Part shown: positions 51,919 through 64,000 of the stretch, in pieces
Layout of the letters: every line of letters starts with the position of its first letter
How positions within the stretch are numbered: the first letter of the stretch is position 1
NCBI RefSeq assembly: GCF_009914755.1
Contig: NC_060925.1
Strand: one strand, 5' to 3'
Source: the human T2T-CHM13v2.0 reference genome, Homo sapiens
DNA: 64,000 bases
The notes under the pieces: generated by a model
What the model was told of the DNA's origin: nothing
What the model saw: only the letters and a program-made list of their open reading frames with translations
The model's database searches: none
Translations under genes and position numbers: made by a program

Positions 51919-52832
51919 AACTAGCATATGAAGTACATGGTTTTATGGATTCTATTATTTAGGTTTAGGTCAAGTAAAAAAGTAAATTTAAAGAAAAATA
52001 TTGTGTAAATGAAAGCACATGTAATACACAAATATGGCAAAATATTAATTAGTGTGTTCATGAATATCTAAAATTCAGGAACACTCCACCATAACATATT
52101 ATCTCCAAGTATAGTCTCATCTAAAACATAGTTTTCTGAATCCAGGTACCACAATGAAAACTCTACCTGTTCTCTGACTCTATTTTTTTAGTTTAACCAA
52201 TTAAGGAAACTAAGTTATATAACTGTGATATACCCAACAATCTGCTTTAGAATAATAGGAGAGAAGAATTCTGCCCTTGAAAAAGGAACAGTTTAGTTGA
52301 GGAGAAAAATCCAAAACATATGAAAGAGAACTCAAAAACATACTAACCTGTGTGGTAATATAGATAAGAAGATTTTCAAATGTATAAGTTCAGGGTAGGA
52401 AGAAATTAGTATTCACTGGAATCGTCAGACAAGGCCTCCGATGAACACGGAAGCAGAGCAGGGCCAAATGTGAATAGAAAAGGCAAAGCCTTCCGAGTGT
52501 TAGGAAGTACCGAGCAGCTCATCAGAATCAACTTTGAAATAACGGAAATGCCAAGGTTGTACTCCAGACTTTTCCATCAGAATCTCAACAGGAGTGCGGC
52601 AGGAGTGTTGTGTCTTTTTCCCCCATATCATGGTGCTTTTGCTATATATGTGGCTGTGTCCTTTTGTAGGTTTTTCTGACTTCTGGAAGCTGAAGTGCTT
52701 TCCTCTCTTTGGCCATCTAGATGAGCAGCCCCTCTCTGAAAAGGTCTGGGGAGGGAGTGGACTAGTTTTGGGGATAAAGTCTGTCTTCCTTGCTTTTTCA
52801 GTTTCTTGGAGACTACTCAGTGTATTTTGATT

Positions 52833-53393
52833 TGTGAGGTAGGCAGATTCCGAGATGGCTCCCATGGTCTCCATGCCCCAGTGTTACGACCTCTCTCTGC
52901 CCTTGAGCATATGCAGGACCCTGACTTGCTTCTAAGCAGCAAAACACAGAAAAAGTTTTAGGTTGTCATTCCCACCTAAGATTCCATCTTAGAAGACTGG
53001 AAAGAGAGATTTTCCTGCTGTCCTGGAAGCCATGTTGTGAACTCCCTGCAAAGAGAGGAGTGCCAAGGAATACAAGTGGTGCCTAAGGCTTCAGGGCATC
53101 CTTTAATTCACAACTAGTAAGAAACCAGAGCTCTCAGTTACACAGCTGGAAAGAAATGAATTTTCCAACAGCATAAATGAGCTTGGAAGTGGATTCTTTC
53201 TTCTTTAGTTGAGTCTCCAGATGAGACTGCAGCCCAGCTGACACCCAGATACAGCCTGTTAGACCCTAAGAAGAGGACTTGTCTAAACTATGCCTGGATT
53301 TTTCATCGGCAGACCTGTGAGATGACAGATGCCTCTATATTTTAATCCTCTAAGTCTGAGGTAATTTGTTATGCAGCAATAGAAAATTAATAA
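52833..53393 (+). mobile_element. MaLR solo LTR (MLT1E/F/G-like)
   Basis: 'aggcagattccgagatggctccc...gagcttggaagtggattct...gagtctccagatgagactgcagccc...taatttgttatgcagcaatagaaaattaata'. Confidence 0.8.
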
Positions 53394-53871
53394 TCTGACT
53401 TTAGCCTGAACAAATGGAGGGGCAAAGTCATGCTATCTGGATCAAAGACACAGCTTGACTCCCTCACTTCCTCCTCTGCTCCTGGTTGTAGTTTATCATA
53501 TATTTACAATTTTTCCCTTGGTGACTTGCAATAATGAGTGGTTCCACCGTAGGTTGAAAGCCTCTCCGTCTTCAGTTATCATTTGAAGTCCTATCCAATT
53601 CCAAACATAGCAAATGCATCTTAAAAAGTAGAGGAATAAAACTGTGGATAGATAGGATAGAAGCTAGGACTTTTTTAATGATAACTTTTTTTCTCATCAT
53701 TACAGAACTAATATGTGTTCACTGTAGGAAGTAAATCATAATGGAGATGACTCATCCAAATCAACAGCACAAGAAATGTGCACTAATATTGTCCATTATT
53801 CCGCTGGTCTTATGTATATATATGTGTCCAAAATATGGCACCGTGGGTCCTTTAAAACCTACGTTTTTTTT

Positions 53872-54159
53872 GGCCGGGCACGGTAGCTCATGCCTGTAAT
53901 CCCAGCACTTTGGGAGGCCGAGGCTGGCGGATCACAAGGTCAAGAGATAGAGACCATCCTGGCCAAAGTGGTGAAACCCTGTCTCTACTAAAAATACAAA
54001 AATTAGCTGGGCGTGGTGGCACACGCCTGTAGTCCCAGCTACTCAGGAGCCTGAGGCAGGAGAATCGCTTGAACCTGGGAGGCGGAAGTTTCAGTGAGCC
54101 AAGATCGTGCCACTGCACTCCAGCCTGGGCAACAGAGTGAGACCCCGTCTCAAAACAAA
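53872..54159 (+). mobile_element. Alu (AluSc/S-like)
   Basis: Full dimer with 'gatcacaaggtcaagagat'; TSD aaaacctacgttttt / aaaacctatgttttt. Confidence 0.95.
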
Positions 54160-54177
54160 AAAACCTATGTTTTTGGG

Positions 54178-54339
54178 GGACCAGGCACAGTGGCTCATGC
54201 CTGTAATCCTAGCACTTTGGGAGACAAAGGCAAGAAGATCACTTGAGGCTAGGAGTTTGGGGTTACAGTGAGCTATAATTGTGCCACCGTACTCCAACCT
54301 GGGCAACAGGGCGAGACCCTGTCTCTTAAAAACAACAAC
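54178..54339 (+). mobile_element. Alu monomer (FAM/FRAM-like or recombined AluJ)
   Basis: Single ~160-bp monomer ending 'gagaccctgtctcttaaaaacaacaac', followed by aaaacctatattttt. Confidence 0.85.
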
Positions 54340-54574
54340 AAAACCTATATTTTTAAATTAGCAACATATCCTGCATGTTTTTCCAGTTATTTAGTGACCT
54401 TAAACATCATTGTTAATTTTGTTACTATTCTGACATGATATTTCATTTTACATATATGATTTAATTCATTTAATGAATCTGGAAAGGGACAGAATTTGAA
54501 GCAACTGTAAAAATGTCCAACATATTGGGCATTTGGGAAATTTTATTAAGTGGTCATCAATGTTACTCTGAGCC

Positions 54575-54735
54575 ACATCAGAATTTTCAATTTTAATGAA
54601 TATCACCTAGTGATCTTAATGCAGATTCTGATTCCAAATAAGACTCAGGTCTTGGGTGGAGCAACAATTCTTTATTGCTCTAAGCTTATAGCTGTTACTG
54701 ATGCTCTTGGTACTTGGACATACTTTGAGTAGGAA
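54575..54735. mobile_element. MER5B-like MITE
   Basis: 'tatcacctagtgatcttaatgcagattctgattc...tgatgctcttggtacttggacatactttgagtag'. Confidence 0.6.
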
Positions 54736-55194
54736 GAGACTATATAAGGGAGACACTAGAATCAACAGCCATAACTTGGAACTGAAAGTTTGGACCAGGG
54801 GAGATGCAGTAACAATGAAAGTTACAAGACATTGACAGATATTTCAAAGAACAAACAAGAGAACTTCAAGACAAATTAAATATGGAGCATAAGTGTGATA
54901 GAAGATTTAAAAATTGTCTCTGTTTCCTAAATTAGAAGACTTCAAGATTAGTGGTGCTATACACAGAAATGTAGTCAATTTTAAAAGACTGGGATGAGGT
55001 TGATTTTAGCCATGTTGATTTTAATATAAGAATAGGTTATTGTTGTGGGTTGAGTTGTGTCCCTGAGAAAGATATGTTGAAGTCCTAACCCCAGGTACCT
55101 GTAAATGTGGTTATATTTGGAAATAGGGTCTTTGCAGATGTAATGAAGTTAAAAGGAGATCGTACTAGGTCAGTATGGGCCCTAAATCCAATGA

Positions 55195-55507
<313 letters not shown>

Positions 55508-55815
55508 GATATCTTTCTAAGGTGGGGACTGATATCTTCCTAAGATTTGGAGACACAAAGACACACACAGGGAAGGAGGCCACGTGAGGATGGAGGCAAA
55601 GATTGGAGCAACGCAGCAGTAAGCTCAGGAGTAGCGAAGACCATCCAAAACAACCAGAAGTTAAGAAGAGGCAGGGAAGAACAGTCTCCCAGAGACCTCA
55701 AAGGGACACCGATACCTGGATTTCAGACTTCTGTTATCCAGAACTGTGAGAGAATACATTTCTGTTGTTTTAAGCTGCCCAGTTTGTGGTATTTATTATG
55801 GAAGCGCTATGAAAC

Positions 55816-55861
55816 TTAGGTTGGTGCGAAAGTAATTGCAGTTCTTGCCATTAAAAGTAAT
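55816..55861. mobile_element. Half MADE1 (Hsmar1-derived MITE)
   Basis: 'ttaggttggtgcgaaagtaattgcagttcttgccattaaaagtaat' is one Hsmar1 TIR plus centre; the second TIR is absent. Confidence 0.85.
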
Positions 55862-55871
55862 ACAGTTATCT

Positions 55872-56139
55872 GGCCGGGTGCGGTGGCTCACGCCTGTAAT
55901 CCCAGCACATTGGGAGGCCGAGGCAGGCAGATCACTTGAGGCCAGGAGTTCAAGACCAGCCTGGCCAACAAGGTGAAACCCCATCCCTACTAAAAATACA
56001 AAAATTAGCCAGGCGTGGTGGCCCGCGCCTGTAATCCCAGCTACCCTCGGAGGCTGAGGCATGAGAATCACTTGAACCCAGGAGGCAGAGGTTGCAGTGA
56101 ACCAAGATTGTGCCACTGCCCCACCCCCCCCAAAAATAA
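55872..56139 (+). mobile_element. Alu with last ~35 bp replaced by a C-run
   Basis: Perfect 19-bp TSD aaaagtaatacagttatct at 55853-55871 and 56140-56158. Confidence 0.93.
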
Positions 56140-56824
56140 AAAAGTAATACAGTTATCTAATTGCTGACGTTGTGAAAACAAATAGAAGTATGAGATTGGA
56201 GAACATACTGGTCAGAGATAGAGATGTCAATTTTAGAAACTTTACAATAAAAACTGTAGTTCAAGTTTAAATAGTTCAAGCCATAAAGAAAATAGGCATA
56301 TATGGAGAAGAATTAACTGTATAACCTTGAAATCCCCTCCCAGTTAAGGAAACTGACTGTGAAGTATGGCAACCCCCCAAACTCATTTAATGTCTCTTAG
56401 CCCCACTCTCCAATTCCGTATAAAAGAAGAGGCTGAATGAGACAAGCATTGAGTTGCTGTGCAGCTCTATTATTTTACATCCATCATTAAGCTTATACTT
56501 TGTCTAGACACTGGGAAGCTAAGAAGCAGTAAGAGCAAAGTACAGAGTCTCTTTGGTGATCATGACAATAGGAATACCTTGTGCTGTGTCTTTCTGGGAG
56601 AGTTCAAAACACTTTTATCTATAATATACAATTAATCCCAACACCTTCACTCTGAAACAGAACAAGCATTATCATCATTAAAGGATAAAGAAACCAAGAC
56701 TCGGGAGAGTGAAATGAAAAAGCTCCTTCAGTGTAATATATTTCCTGAATGAGACAGAATGCTTATCAGGAGAAAACCTAATGAAAATACTAAGAACATA
56801 GAAATACCGCAAGAGACACATCAC

Positions 56825-56892
56825 CTTCTCTCCCTCTCCCTCCTTCCCTTTTTCCCTCTTCCATGTCTTCCTCCCTCCCTCCCTCTCTCCTC
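56825..56892. repeat. CT-rich low-complexity (polypyrimidine) tract
   Basis: cttctctccctctccctccttccctttttccctcttcc...cctccctccctccctctctcctct. Confidence 0.8.
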
Positions 56893-57881
56893 TAAATTTC
56901 CTTGCCCTTATTTGTAAAAATAGATTTTTCATTACAAAATATTTAACACGTGACAAAGAGAAATAAGGGGTATGTTGGGTGACCAGGAAAATAGGTATTT
57001 TTCTTCCTTATATGTTTTTTCTTCCTCGAGTTAGTGGATAAAGAAAAGTTGTGTTAGATACTCTATCATTTCTGTAAAGCTGTCAGTTTTCTCCAGTCTT
57101 TGAGGACTGGAGCAGTTATCAGTGGTGTTCTACTTACGGTAAGAAACTGCAAGGCTGCCAAATTCATGTCGTGAGAGTTGAGCCTCATTTTATTCTCTAG
57201 GAAAAACCAATTCTTAAGCTGTCTTACCCCTTTAGAAGAGACATTTCCAATATGCTTCAACAAAGTATTAAAATTTTGCCTTTTCTTTACATTACAGTTG
57301 CATTCTTTGTGGTGCTCTTACCTAGAAAGTTGAAAAACAAAACCGCCAACATCAAATAGTCTACATTAAAACAGAAGCTCCACCAGCAACCCAAACTTCT
57401 TATTGGCAGTAAGCATCTTTAGAACAAACCACACTTAAAAATAATGGTATACTTGGCACAAGTTGAATTGTGGACTATATAGAGTTAAAAGTTCCTTATT
57501 TTAAAAAGCTGTCAGAGAGGAATTTTCATTCTTTCATTTGCCTTTGAAGAGTGAGTAGCCTGCAGCAATCTCAGCTATATTTTTCCTCCGCGACACAATA
57601 ACAATCCCAAGTGACACACCTACCGAATGATTACAAATTGTGTTAGGCTGCAGGAATCTGAGACCCAAAACACAGGGGCTTCAACACTCTGTCACAAAGC
57701 CCGATCAGGAACTGGTTGCTTTCCAGCTGGATTTTCTAGCAGTACTTCCCTAGAACTACTCCACCCTTTTCCACACCTTGCCTGGGAAATATCAAAGACC
57801 AAAAAACAACACCTAAGACAAAGATCGTAGTGTAGCTACCAATCAGTGAACATGAACTTTTGCTTTAATGAACTCTATCCC

Positions 57882-58145
57882 TTTTTATTTTTTTTGAGAC
57901 AGTGTCTCACTCCTGTCACCCAGGCTAGAGTGCAGAGGTGCGATCTCAGCTCACTGCAGCCTCAACCTCCCGGGCTCAAGCAGTCCTCCCACCTCAGCCC
58001 CCTAAGTAGCTGGGATTACAGGCGCAAGCCACCACACCCAGCTAATTTTTGTATTTTTCTGGAGACGAAGTTTCACCATTCGGTAATCTGCCCCCCTCGG
58101 CTTCCCAAAGTGCTGGGATTACAGGCGTGAGCACCGCGCCTGGCC
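57882..58145 (-). mobile_element. Alu (AluJ-like) with internal deletion in the left monomer
   Basis: 'gtttcaccattcggtaatctgccc' joins across the missing B-box segment. Confidence 0.9.
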
Positions 58146-59031
58146 TGAATGCTGTACTTTCACGTAAGCTATAAAACAGGACAAGTGGTATCCTCATGTA
58201 AAACATGTAAAAACACACGCGGGCAGTTTAGCTGAAAACATTATTCACTGTAACAGAGTCAACTGGCCAGGGCGGTGGATGTGGGAGACACTCTGAGGCC
58301 TCTGGACTAGATGATCTGTGAAGGAATGTTCTACTTCAGTCCTTTGACCAATGCCTCAGAGCAGGCATTTTATAAATATTTGCTGATGTGTGTATAAAAG
58401 CATTTGTACCTATACTTTACCAGTGGGAGGAGAATATTGGCAGTTAGAGTTTCATGACGTCTTATACATTCGTGAACACCAGAATGGTAAGGGGTGTGGG
58501 TGGAGGGTAGGTGGGGACAGCTGAGTTAAAAATAAGGAGAGGGGCTAGACATGCTCTTTTTGCTTCAGTACTTTATTCACTATAGTTATGCCAAGCCAGG
58601 TACACATCCCACTTCAAAGGGTTTTTGTAGTACCCCTAGTAATTTTCAGTAAATGTTAGCTATTATTATTATTATTACTATTATTATTGTTATTCTAGAA
58701 ATGGATAATGGATTCAGAAGTCATGAAAACCAAAACCATATTTCCATAACAAATGCGTGTATAAAGGCCCATGAACATTTTCTTTAAAAGCCACATACTT
58801 AAATGTATATATTCGATTTATCCAACTAACTTGCTGCCCTTCATGCCTGTGTCTTTTCCCATAATCTGAACTGCAGACACTTTGTAAAAGGTTCCCTGCC
58901 CCAGAATAGTTGTGCAGCGTCAACTCTTGGGTAAATCTAAGAGGGACAGGCCTTTAATTGAGCTGACTTTCCAAGTCATTGAGCTGGACACTGAGGTAGG
59001 TTGAGCCATATTTGCTGCTATGAATAATAAT

Positions 59032-59200
59032 ACTAATAATAGCTATCATTTACTGAGAGTTTACTATGTGCCAAGTACTCCATTAAGCCCTTTATTTTCA
59101 TTATTTTATGTAATCTTACAACAATCCTACTAAAATGTACTATTATTACCTCTATTTTCGCTATGAAGAAGCTGAGGCTCAGAAAGATTAAATATAATAA
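59032..59200 (-). mobile_element. MIR SINE
   Basis: 'aatagctatcatttactgagagtttactatgtgccaag...taatcttacaacaatccta...gctgaggctcagaaagattaa'. Confidence 0.8.
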
Positions 59201-61229
59201 TTTTTGTATGATCATTCTGGAACTGTATCATTTTCTGAGTGGAAGCAGACTGAGAAGTGTGGGCAAATTGAAAACAGTAAGACAGAGAGCTTGAACTGGA
59301 TCAGAATTATAATTCCAGGCATATCTCAGCTAAAATAGTCAAAGCAGGGGACTTTGAGAGATCCTCTGAAGCTCTAGAATGCCACAAGCTCCCAAATTTG
59401 AATATTCCTGGCCTCAGCTCAGCACAAGATGCCACAGCCTGGCCATGGCCCACTGCTGTGCTTAGATCCTGAGCAGCCAGGAGCCATCCTTGACTAGTTG
59501 ATTCAAGAATCACCATCAGCGGTTTGTATCTTCTTGGCTTCCTGAAGAGCCAGGCTTATAGTCTAACAATCATATTCATTACAGCCAATCACAGCATTTT
59601 TTGGAGCTGCTCTTTCAATGTCACCTTCAGGTCCTGCATCACATTGAAAAAATATATACATATTAATCTTTCAAGGTTGAATTAGACTCTTGGACCCACT
59701 CAAAGTCATTGAGATCTAAGCTTGATGAGAAAGGTGGAGAGCCAGCTAGGTAAATAATATTGAAACTAAATAACATCAGTCACAAAATGTAAGTAAGAAA
59801 ATGTATTCTGAGGGCAACTTGAAAAGTGGAGAATTGAAGATGTTCAGAGTGAGGACATCATTACTGGGCTCTACGTGTGCCCTCTCGGAGCTATCATTTG
59901 GGTGTGTAAGTCCCAGTAAGTGTGTTAAGCAATCACAGTGGATACTTAGTAATATTTTCTTATGGTCCTGTGGCATCTCTCACCAGCTAACTAAATGTCC
60001 AGCCTTGATAACTCTTGATTGGTATAAATCAACATTTACTAAGTGTCTGTTGAGTGACAATGAGCCAGTCACTCAATACGTTAACATATTTTTTTTCTCA
60101 CAACAGCCCTGTGAGGAACTTGAGATTATAATCCCATTTACCAGATCAGGAAACTGAAACCATGAGCAAGCCCTAAACTACCTATTTCCTCAGCAAATTA
60201 GTTTTTAAGTGAAAGTGATGCTGAAGAGAATGCTTTCTTTACACCATCACAGTTGCTTCAGTCTTGGCTTTTCCAACCTCTCTCCAAGCAGAATATTTAG
60301 GGAAAACAGAACTTTCTCACTTCTAAATCAATCAAATGGCATGCATATGTTATAACCTCTTCTCAAATCAGAGAATGAATTTTTTAGGCAAAAAAATCTA
60401 AAGTTGTTTTACTTTACAAATATTTATGAACTGTATTAGATTTCTTTACTTCTCTAAGAAATGACAAGAAATAATGTGATTTATTTTAGATAGGCTTTAA
60501 GATTATTTAAAAGCTCTTACATTTAGAGGATAGTACCTGAATCACAGATTGTATATTATTCCTAAGTCTCATTAGAGTTTTCAAGGAGAAAGTCATCCTT
60601 ATACCTACCAGCTAGTAGAGTATCTGCCAATAGAATTTATAGTGCAAGAGTGACCATTAACTCCTATATCTTTAAAGCACATTTCTCTTAGAGACCTTGA
60701 CAGTTTAGACATAGGGCAAAAGCTTCATTTATTGACTTTTACTTGAAGAAGATGAAAAGGGTATTTTGAAAAGAAATAGTAATAAAAATAAAGGTTGAAT
60801 CCTAACAGCCTTCAAAGAGGAAGATGATAATACCATGCATATGGCAGTTAAATATATTTTTCCTTAGTATTAAATATTATATCATATTGAATGCCTGAAG
60901 GTATTAACAAAAACATCCCTATACCTTATAAAATCAGATGTGACACTATCTAAGGCAGTATTTTCAAACTAATGGTTACAACTCTGAAGCACATTGTTAA
61001 ATCTATTTAGTGGGTCATGAGCAGCATTTTTTACAAAAAAAAATGAATAGAACAGATTATTTTTGAAAATAAAAGATTAGAATAAAATAGAATGTATCAG
61101 CATGCATAATACATGGTAAAGTTTTATATTATGAATGTTAATTCCATATGCACTACTGTTTCCTTATCAAATAGAATAGTGCTTGGATCATAACAGGCAA
61201 CAGAGGAATATTTGTTGTTAAATGAATGA

Positions 61230-61478
<249 letters not shown>

Positions 61479-61657
61479 TAATGTAAAATGTACTTCTTAC
61501 TGTAGGACAGGCTAAAAACTTTGGAAAACTGTGTGTGTGCGTACATATCCATATGTATATATGAATATATATATATAGGCATATATATAGACACATACAT
61601 GTATACACATACACATAGACATATATAATACATAATAATTGCACATACATATATCTA

Positions 61658-61910
61658 GTGTTTTAGGACAAATTTCCTAGAAGCAGAGCTGAGATAGGCA
61701 TTTTAGTGACATATTGAGAGAGTGCTGGCAGGGGACACCTGTAAGGCAGGGACATTAGCTGAATAAGACAGTGGAGAGAAAGCAAGGCAAAGCTGTCGTT
61801 TCAAAAGTCTAGCCTCCCAGCCTTCTCCAGGAAAGGCAGCTCCCATCAGCCAAGAGCAATCCCCATCCAGAGGAGTGGGCAGTGACAAGGCTGACTCCTC
61901 TCAGCTAATA
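61658..61910 (-). mobile_element. LTR16-family ERVL LTR fragment
   Basis: 'tgttttaggacaaatttcctagaagcagagctgaga...tattgagagagtgct...aggcagctcccatcagccaagagcaat'. Confidence 0.6.
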
Positions 61911-62594
61911 ACTTTTTATTCATTTAATCATCGAATACTTTTTGAGTGCCTACTCCATGCCCAGAACTGAGGGAAGCCCTAGAGTCTGAACCAATCTCAT
62001 AGAGATTATAGTTTACTAGATCAAAGTCCAACTGCAATTTTTTAAAAAAGGTGAAATACATATGATAGAAGCCTTTGTAATAGGAAAAGTGGTTATTTCC
62101 ATCATAAATCGAATTCCTCATATGACCTTCGAGTTTCTTTTATGCCTCAGTTTTCCTAGAATTTTAAACTTTCCACAATGAAACCAGCACATGCATTTAA
62201 AATGAGGTGATATGCATGTGGAGTTATATATTGGGCTTGATTAGCAGCCTAAAGGAATTTTTAAATATACCAATATTTTTCAAAAATATGTAAAATAGGC
62301 TACAAGTTTAAAGTTTGCAATCATAAAAATAATTATATGAAGTGGCAAAAACCCTGTCAACTATGCTATTGATATGGAAATAAAAAGTTACATTTCTGAA
62401 GAAGAGAATTTAGCAGAATCTTAACAAAGCCAACCAAGCAAAACAATTTCTAATCTACTGCTGGATTCTACATAGTCTCCTAATTTTAAATGATGTTTTA
62501 AATATTTGGGTGATTAAAATACGAAGCTACAAAACCTGATTTTATGAGACTTGTGGAAATACATTAATACTAAAGAACAGTGAAAAAAATCTAA

Positions 62595-63063
<469 letters not shown>

Positions 63064-63094
63064 AGGAGACCACACTTTGAACAGCAAAGTCTAG

Positions 63095-63255
63095 TACCTT
63101 GATTCTCAAACTTGACTGCATTTGGAATTACGCACCGATATCTAGGTCCCATCACCAGATACTCTGACTTTTCTGGTATGAGGTGCAATGGATCATGGAG
63201 AGTTTTAAAACTCCGCAGTTGGTTCTAATGTATAACAAAGTTTAAGAAACATTGG
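63095..63255. mobile_element. MER5A-like MITE
   Basis: 'gattctcaaacttgactgcatttggaatta...ccagatactctgac...ggttctaatgtataacaaagtttaagaaacattg'. Confidence 0.65.
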
Positions 63256-63611
63256 TTTAATATATACCCCAGGTCTGATAATTAGGTCCTTGATTGTTCT
63301 ACTTTGTGTGAGATCTAGTCTCAAAAGTCTACATAACATGATTATCGCCATTCTCACTTCCCCCTGCCTGGACCCCCACCAAATCACACACTGGAGCATT
63401 TCCTTGAATGGCTGGTAAAGATCTGCTAAATTTGGAACGTTTTCCTTGATGCTGATTACAGTTCCTGCTTGCCTGGATCTTTAAATCTGGGCTCTGACAT
63501 TGTTGGCTCTGAGATTTCCTATCATGGCATTTTTCTCCTGCCCATCAAATATTTATTATATAGCATTCTATAGCCACATAAGAAATATTTGATAGCATAC
63601 ATTTAAAAAGA

Positions 63612-64000
63612 ATCATTCATTTATTTATTCAATTAAATCCTTTACCAAGTACCTATTATGTGTCAGGCAATGTAATAGAATCTGGGGATATGGCATTAAA
63701 CAAAACAGACAAAGTAAAGCCCCTAGCCTATTGATACCTATATGCTAATGAGAGAGACGACTACAAAGCAAACACATATTTAGACTGAGCTTAAGTAGTG
63801 GTAAAAGTTATGAACAAAAATAAAATAAAAGGATAAAGAGCGACAGAGTCAGACATTTCACATGGGATGGCCTTAGTAGGACCTCCTGTGCAGGAACTAT
63901 TGGAGCAAGACCAAAATGAGGGTAGGGAGAAAGCACACACATCTGGAAGGAAGAAAATTTCAAACAGAGGGAAGAAGGGCAAAGGCTCTGAGTGTGCAGC
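63612..64000 (-). mobile_element. L2 3' region (runs off the window)
   Basis: 'attcatttatttattcaattaaatcctttaccaagtacctattatgtgtcaggca...ctggggatatggcattaaacaaaacagacaaa'. Confidence 0.8.

Noticed and set aside
55816-55861. miR-548-family precursor
   Set aside because: Only one MADE1 arm remains, so the required hairpin cannot form.

Overview
AT-rich, CpG-poor primate genomic DNA (human-like, judged by its Alu, LTR12 and MSTA content), probably intronic or intergenic. I see no intact protein-coding gene, RNA gene, CpG island or CRISPR array, and I cannot name the locus. The clearest features are: (1) a full-length processed RPS20 pseudogene (minus strand, about 27679-28202) with poly(A), a 12-bp TSD, two nonsense changes and a 4-bp frameshift, inserted into an MLT1A LTR; (2) an ancient, internally deleted ERVL-class provirus with two LTR16C-like LTRs (about 19554-24510, minus strand) with recognisable gag, protease, integrase and dUTPase relics and two nested insertions; (3) a solo LTR12 (ERV9) at 46673-47223; (4) about 18 Alu-family insertions, several nested or reusing one target site; (5) many MIR, L2, MaLR and hAT/Tigger fossils and microsatellites. 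Many longer ORFs in the track come from Alus or microsatellites, and the rest match nothing I recognise. I did not find a convincing undescribed biological system. The best leads are a ~105-nt hairpin (51814-51918), motif-dense unique segments that may be enhancers (~5.9-6.3 kb, ~32.5-32.9 kb, ~41.45-41.75 kb), a long transposon-poor stretch holding several possible small exons, and unusual insertion histories. Repeat subfamily names come from memory of consensus sequences, and boundaries of old repeats are approximate.
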